From contig JABLTI010000085.1 of NCBI GenBank assembly GCA_013166835.1, positions 1 to 13,201 on the forward strand: 13,201 bases of DNA, in the 5' to 3' direction. A program made the position numbers and the translations under genes. The DNA comes from Promethearchaeati archaeon. GTDB taxonomy: Archaea > Asgardarchaeota > Heimdallarchaeia > JABLTI01. Below are positions 8,198 to 13,201 of this stretch, in pieces (the first letter of the stretch is position 1; every line of letters begins with the position of its first letter). The notes below the pieces were generated by a model that was not told the origin of the DNA, did no database searches, and saw only the letters and a list, made by a program, of their open reading frames with translations.

Positions 8198-9106
8198 ATG
8201 GAAGTTATTAGGATAGGAGAATTTAATCCAGATGCATTGAAGCAGAAGATAGAAATTCAACCAATTGAAATGGCTCTGCTTATAGCAAATAATAAGAGAA
8301 ACAATTTTGCATGCTTGAAAAGACTGGATTATTTGTTAGAATCCATAAAAGAGAATTACCAAGCAAAATTACTAGATTTTATTGAAAATTTGAAGAAAAG
8401 ATTTCATGAACTAACTAAGAATGATCTTCTAAAAGACAAGAAAGCCATTTTAGCTAAAGTAAAAGAAGAAACGAATCTTTTGAAAGAATATCCTGAGCTT
8501 GCTGTACACACCTTGAATTTTAGTTTCCAATTATTAAAATTAAAACATGATATTAACTGGTTAAATGACACTGTTGAAGTTAAGAAAGGAGATTATTTTC
8601 GATCATTCTTAATTCCAAGCTATTATTACCTACTGGTACTGACTGAAACCATCGGAAGAGATGAAGGTATTAGACTCTTCAAGAAATATATCTCTCATTT
8701 TCTCAGTAGTCAGAAAACAATTGAGTCTAATTTTACTACACTTACTGATACATTTGAGAGGAGAAAAAAGGCAATACAAAGTCCATCTGATTGGGTAATG
8801 GTAATTGGATTACTCTCAGAATCTAAGTATGTTTTTAGAAATGATAATTGTCTTTGGATAGATGTTCTAGAGGATTTACCTGATAATGAAATAAAGTATT
8901 GCATTTGTTGTTACGGCGATTATCAAAACGCTTACACCTATTCCGATGGAAACACTATCCTCACAATGGAGCATACAATTGCCCAAGGAGATCCTTATTG
9001 TTCTCGAGTGAAACATGATACTAAATATGATTGGAATCTAGAACATCCAAAAAAGGAGCTTTTTGACAACATGTGGGAAGTTCCGGATAATAAGAAGAAA
9101 AAATGA
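8198..9106 (+). CDS. ATC-hydrolase/V4R-like protein, copy 10 (subtype F)
   Basis: 302 aa. Motifs are RSFLIP, LTETIGRDEGI, RNDNCLW, ICCYGDY and TMEHTIAQGDPYCSRVKHD. Confidence 0.85.
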   Translation: MEVIRIGEFNPDALKQKIEIQPIEMALLIANNKRNNFACLKRLDYLLESIKENYQAKLLDFIENLKKRFHELTKNDLLKDKKAILAKVKEETNLLKEYPELAVHTLNFSFQLLKLKHDINWLNDTVEVKKGDYFRSFLIPSYYYLLVLTETIGRDEGIRLFKKYISHFLSSQKTIESNFTTLTDTFERRKKAIQSPSDWVMVIGLLSESKYVFRNDNCLWIDVLEDLPDNEIKYCICCYGDYQNAYTYSDGNTILTMEHTIAQGDPYCSRVKHDTKYDWNLEHPKKELFDNMWEVPDNKKKK

Positions 9107-9125
9107 ACATGTGTGGGATTACAAA

Positions 9126-9998
9126 ATGAAATTTCAAAAATACGGAAAATTAATTCCAAAGATTTTAGATAAAGAAGTAGAAATTCAACCGATTGATTTC
9201 GCTCTGAAATCACCTATTAAGAGATTAAATTACTTGTTAGGTTTGATTAAAGAGAAAAATCCAGGAGTTTTCTCAAAATATGTAAAAAACCTAGAAATGA
9301 AATACCAGTCATTAGTGAGTGAAGATATTTTATCAGATATAGATTTTAATCTTGAAGAATACTTGACTGATTTTGATATTTTGAAAGAATATCTTGAATT
9401 AGCTAAATACAATTTGATTTACTTCTTACAAATACTCCAACTATCAAAAAATGATGATTGGATAAAAGAAGAAGTGAAGGTTCTTCAAAAGAATTATTTG
9501 CGATCTTTTTTGATTCCTAAATACTACAACTTGCAGACTTTAACCGAAACAATTAGTCGTATTGAAGCTATTCAATTGTACAAAATTAACGTAACTAAAT
9601 TCATCAATGATAATTTATCCCCAAATAGGAAAACCTTTGATTCAATGGTTGAATTCAAAGAGTATTTTGAAAGAGATAAAAAAGAAATTACGATTGGTTG
9701 GATTGGGATCCTCAGTGAAGTTGAAAATGGAAAATTCTACTTTAGAAAGGACAATTGTCTTTGGGCTGAAGCACTAACTGATTTACCTGATAATGAATTA
9801 AAATATATGGTTTGTTGTTATGGTGACTTTCAAGCTGCAGCAACACGAGGTAGCAATAGTAATTTCATTCTAACAATGGAACAGACTATTGTGGAAGGAG
9901 ACCCATATTGTGATTGCATATATCACGACACCAATATTGATTGGGATTCAACCCATCCACCGAAGGAATTCTGGGATGATTTAGATTCAAGGGTTTAA
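9126..9998 (+). CDS. ATC-hydrolase/V4R-like protein, copy 11 (subtype G, related to F and D)
   Basis: The start is reassigned from TTG9063 to ATG9126 (MKFQKYG), the family-typical start 19 nt after the previous stop. Motifs are RKDNCLWAEA, VCCYGDF and TMEQTIVEGDPYCDCIYHD. Confidence 0.85.
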   Translation: MKFQKYGKLIPKILDKEVEIQPIDFALKSPIKRLNYLLGLIKEKNPGVFSKYVKNLEMKYQSLVSEDILSDIDFNLEEYLTDFDILKEYLELAKYNLIYFLQILQLSKNDDWIKEEVKVLQKNYLRSFLIPKYYNLQTLTETISRIEAIQLYKINVTKFINDNLSPNRKTFDSMVEFKEYFERDKKEITIGWIGILSEVENGKFYFRKDNCLWAEALTDLPDNELKYMVCCYGDFQAAATRGSNSNFILTMEQTIVEGDPYCDCIYHDTNIDWDSTHPPKEFWDDLDSRV

Positions 9999-10155
9999 CT
10001 TTGAAGGTTTCAATAATGAATAAAGAAGAAAATGGAAAAAATAAGAATGTAAAATTGATAAAAAGAGATGCGAAATCTTTCATATGAAAGTAGAAAAACA
10101 AATGGAGAAAAAAAATATCGATTGAGTAAACTAGTTTTGTATGTGAGGGAAAGTT

Positions 10156-11778
10156 ATGACTGACGCAAAATATCAAGACATATCAATAGTATCCAAAGAA
10201 TTAGAAATTCTAAAGGAAATTGAGAAAGTAATTGGAGAGAAACTACCTTTAGTTGAAGAATTTTCAAGAAACAGCTTTGGAGTTAAAATAGAAAATAAAG
10301 CTGTTGTCGGTTTGGGATTAACGAAAAAGAATCTATCTAGTTTTCCGGAATCGATATGGGATCTGAAGAATCTTCAGTATCTTAGCGTTCCGTTTAATAA
10401 TATAAAATCTATTCCTGAAGCATTTGTAAACTTAGAAAAGCTTACAAATTTGGAATTAAGTAGCAATCAAATTACAACCATTCCTGAAAATATTGGTAAA
10501 CTACATAATCTAAAAATTCTTGATATTAATAGAAATCCTTTCCAGGAAATCCCAGAAAGTATTGGAAACTTAACAAATCTTGTAGAACTTGGGTGTAATG
10601 AGACAAAAATAACTACTCTTCCTAAAAGCATTGGGAAATTAACAAATCTTGTTGAATTATGGGTAGAGTATGGAATTTTAGAGAGTATCCCAAAAACAAT
10701 TGGCTTTCTGAAGAGTCTCAAAAGATTCTTCTTGGCTGATAATAAACTATCCAAACTTCCAGAATCAGTTGGCAACTTATCTAGCCTTGAAAATCTTATC
10801 ATTCCAGATAATAAACTCAAGGAACTACCAGAATCAATTGGTGATCTATCTAAACTAAAATTTCTGGAATTAAGATATAATCAATTAACTCATTTACCGG
10901 ATACTATTGGTAAATTAAAAAATTTGAAAATGCTAAATGTTGATGGTAATAATTTAAAGGATTTACCTGAAAGTATAGGGCTACTAGAAAATCTTGAATA
11001 TTTATGGTGTGCCAATAACCAACTAACTTCATTGCCAGAAGAAATAGGTTGCTTAAGTAATCTCACAACATTATTGCTTGGAAATAATCAAATTACAAAA
11101 CTTCCCGAGAGTATTGGTAATCTTATTAAATTAGTTCTTCTAAAATTGAAAGCCAATTCCATTTCTTCACTTCCGGAAAGTCTTTCGAATTTATCACAGC
11201 TTCAAGAATTATTTGTAGATAGTAATAAATTGAAGTCAATTTCAAAAAATCTGATAAGATTAGCTAGTCTTCAAGAACTTCATTTACAAAATAATACACT
11301 AACTACAATTCCAGAAGAGATTTGTGAACATCCAGAATTAAAAGTACTAAACATTGCCAATAATATTATTACAAATCTACCTGAAAATATTGGCCATTTA
11401 AAAAATTTAAGGAAATTAGATGCTTCTGATAATCGGATAAAGAGACTTCCTAAAAGTATAGTTGAATTAATAAATTTAAGAGAACTAGATTTAGGATATA
11501 ATATACTTGACCAGTTGCCAAATGAAATTGGAAATCTCTCAAAACTTCAAATTCTAAATCTACAAAAAACATTTTTGGGAAATTTGCCTGAAACGTTTGA
11601 TAAACTAAAAAATCTAATCGACCTAAATCTGAAATTTGTTTCTTTGCAAGAAATCCCACAAAGTATTTTAGATTTGCCAAAATTAGAAAATCTTTGGATT
11701 AGTTCTCATTGGTGGGGGAAATTAAATATTGATAATTTGAAGCAATTAGAGGAGAAAGGTTGCAAAGTCAAGAAATAA
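10156..11778 (+). CDS. Leucine-rich repeat protein (about 20 repeats of 23 aa)
   Basis: Regular LxxLPxxIGxLxxLxxLxLxxNx repeats, an N-cap (ILKEIEKVIG...FGVKIENKAVVGLGL) and a short C-cap (LKQLEEKGCKV). No signal peptide or effector domain is visible. GAGGG SD-like sequence lies upstream. Confidence 0.95.
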   Translation: MTDAKYQDISIVSKELEILKEIEKVIGEKLPLVEEFSRNSFGVKIENKAVVGLGLTKKNLSSFPESIWDLKNLQYLSVPFNNIKSIPEAFVNLEKLTNLELSSNQITTIPENIGKLHNLKILDINRNPFQEIPESIGNLTNLVELGCNETKITTLPKSIGKLTNLVELWVEYGILESIPKTIGFLKSLKRFFLADNKLSKLPESVGNLSSLENLIIPDNKLKELPESIGDLSKLKFLELRYNQLTHLPDTIGKLKNLKMLNVDGNNLKDLPESIGLLENLEYLWCANNQLTSLPEEIGCLSNLTTLLLGNNQITKLPESIGNLIKLVLLKLKANSISSLPESLSNLSQLQELFVDSNKLKSISKNLIRLASLQELHLQNNTLTTIPEEICEHPELKVLNIANNIITNLPENIGHLKNLRKLDASDNRIKRLPKSIVELINLRELDLGYNILDQLPNEIGNLSKLQILNLQKTFLGNLPETFDKLKNLIDLNLKFVSLQEIPQSILDLPKLENLWISSHWWGKLNIDNLKQLEEKGCKVKK

Positions 11779-11800
11779 AGAAAACTGGTGTGTGAAACTA

Positions 11801-13201
11801 ATGACTAAAAAAGAAATTACAAAGTATTGTGGAATTGAAATAATTAATCGAGATGTAATAATATTAAGCAAACTTGAGAAGATCATAGGGAAACCATTAT
11901 CTCATGTTAATGAAATTGAGAGAGAAACAATTGGTTTCACTGTTAAGGATAAAAAAGTGACCAGATTAGGATTATTTAAGCAAGGATTAACTGAACTCCC
12001 AGAATGTATTTGCGATTTATTGGATCTTGAACGTCTCTGGATCAGATATAATGAAATGACTTTTCTTCCTGAGAGTTTAAGCAAATTAACAAAACTTGAG
12101 AGAATAAATTGTGTTGGAACTCCTTTACTAGAACTACCAGAATCAATAGGTAAAATGAAGAGCTTACAATATATTTATTGTAATTTCACTAAAATTACAA
12201 AACTTCCGAAAAGCATTTGTGACCTTCCTAATATTAAGCAATTATGGGTAGAATTTGGTCCATTAGTAGAATTACCTGATGAAATAGGCAATTTAACAAC
12301 AATGGATGAATTATTGCTCGAGAAAGGTTGTTTAACACAATTACCTGAAAGTATTGGAAAATTAACTAATTTAAGAGGGATTCAATTAGATGATCATAAT
12401 CTGACTTCATTACCAGATAGCATTGGTCAACTAAAAATAGAATATATTTGTTTGGATGGAAATCAGTTAACTGAGCTTCCAGAAACCATAGGGAATTTAA
12501 CAAAACTCCGTGCACTACGTTTAACTGGGAACAAATTAACTTCCTTGCCTGAAAGTATTGGTAAATTGAAGAATTTGGAACACATTTGGTTACACAAGAA
12601 TAAGTTAACTCATCTACCAAACAATTTTGGTAACTTGAGAAATTTAGATCACTTGATGTTACACAGAAATAATTTATCAGAACTCCCAGAAAGTATTGGT
12701 AATCTTTCAAGGTTAACTGTACTTAAATTATCCTCAAATAAGTTGACAGAAATTCCAGAAAGCATAGGAAATATGGCTAATCTGCAAGAATTATATATAG
12801 ATGGAAACAAACTGACAACACTTCCTGACAGCATTGGTCAATTAAGTAATCTACATGAATTATGGATAAACAGCAATAAACTAGCTTCACTCCCTGAAAC
12901 CATTGGTGACTTGAAAAATCTTCACAAACTTGTCATATCAGATAATGTTTTGCTAATACTACCTGAAGAATTAGGACAACTTACAAATCTTCGTCATCTT
13001 GATTTAAGGGATAATTTAATGAAACAATTGCCTGAAAGCCTAGGAAAGCTAACGAATTTACAGGAACTGCGTCTTGGTTTTAATGAAGTAAGTGTCCTTC
13101 CTGAAAATTTTGGGAACCTGAAAAATTTAGAGAAATTTTACTTCCAAAAAAATTGGTTAAATGCAATTCCTGAGAGTTTTACTAAATTAAAGAAACTAAC
13201 T
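11801..13201 (+). CDS. Second leucine-rich repeat protein, running off the 3' end of the window
   Basis: Not in the ORF track because it has no stop in the window. Manual translation from ATG11801 gives MTKKEITKYCGIEIINRDVIILSKLEKIIGKPLSHVNEIERETIGFTVKDKKVTRLGLFKQGLTELPECICDL..., followed by continuous LPESIGxLxxL repeats to the end. GGTG SD lies at 11787-11790. Confidence 0.93.
   Translation, partial: MTKKEITKYCGIEIINRDVIILSKLEKIIGKPLSHVNEIERETIGFTVKDKKVTRLGLFKQGLTELPECICDLLDLERLWIRYNEMTFLPESLSKLTKLERINCVGTPLLELPESIGKMKSLQYIYCNFTKITKLPKSICDLPNIKQLWVEFGPLVELPDEIGNLTTMDELLLEKGCLTQLPESIGKLTNLRGIQLDDHNLTSLPDSIGQLKIEYICLDGNQLTELPETIGNLTKLRALRLTGNKLTSLPESIGKLKNLEHIWLHKNKLTHLPNNFGNLRNLDHLMLHRNNLSELPESIGNLSRLTVLKLSSNKLTEIPESIGNMANLQELYIDGNKLTTLPDSIGQLSNLHELWINSNKLASLPETIGDLKNLHKLVISDNVLLILPEELGQLTNLRHLDLRDNLMKQLPESLGKLTNLQELRLGFNEVSVLPENFGNLKNLEKFYFQKNWLNAIPESFTKLKKLT

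Noticed and set aside
3-9998. Assigning true ATC hydrolase activity or a gene symbol to the array genes
   Set aside because: Only motif-level resemblance is visible, the proteins carry an extra N-terminal module, and no cysteine-pathway partner genes are present.
1325-12834. Short minus-strand ORFs in the track and the nested + ORF 2636..2821
   Set aside because: They lie opposite or within well-supported genes, have no recognisable motifs and look like shadow frames.
10300-13201. Recurring cctgaaag.attgg motifs at about 69-nt spacing as a CRISPR array or non-coding repeat
   Set aside because: These are the codons of LPESIG in 23-aa LRR units. They are degenerate and in frame.

Overview
AT-rich window with all credible genes on the + strand, most likely archaeal and probably Asgard. 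That lineage call is an inference from GAGGTGA-type ribosome-binding sites and the N-cap style of the LRR proteins. Positions <1-9998 hold a tightly packed tandem array of 11 paralogous genes (12 domain copies). Each has an uncharacterised N-terminal region of about 130 aa and a C-terminal Cys-motif domain resembling the L-2-amino-thiazoline-4-carboxylic acid (ATC) hydrolase / V4R-like family. The array has a higher-order duplicated gene order (B-C-D-E twice) and shows rearrangement: an in-frame chimera (3137-3649), an internally deleted and frameshifted copy (1533-2214), a head-to-tail double-unit fusion (5451-7262) and a probable mosaic gene. The paralogues split into subtypes with co-varying putative ligand residues (CxxD versus CxxC+CxxH). 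Two tandem 23-residue leucine-rich-repeat genes follow (10156-11778 and 11801->13201, the second missing from the ORF track). I saw no RNA genes, CRISPR array, transposase or reverse transcriptase.
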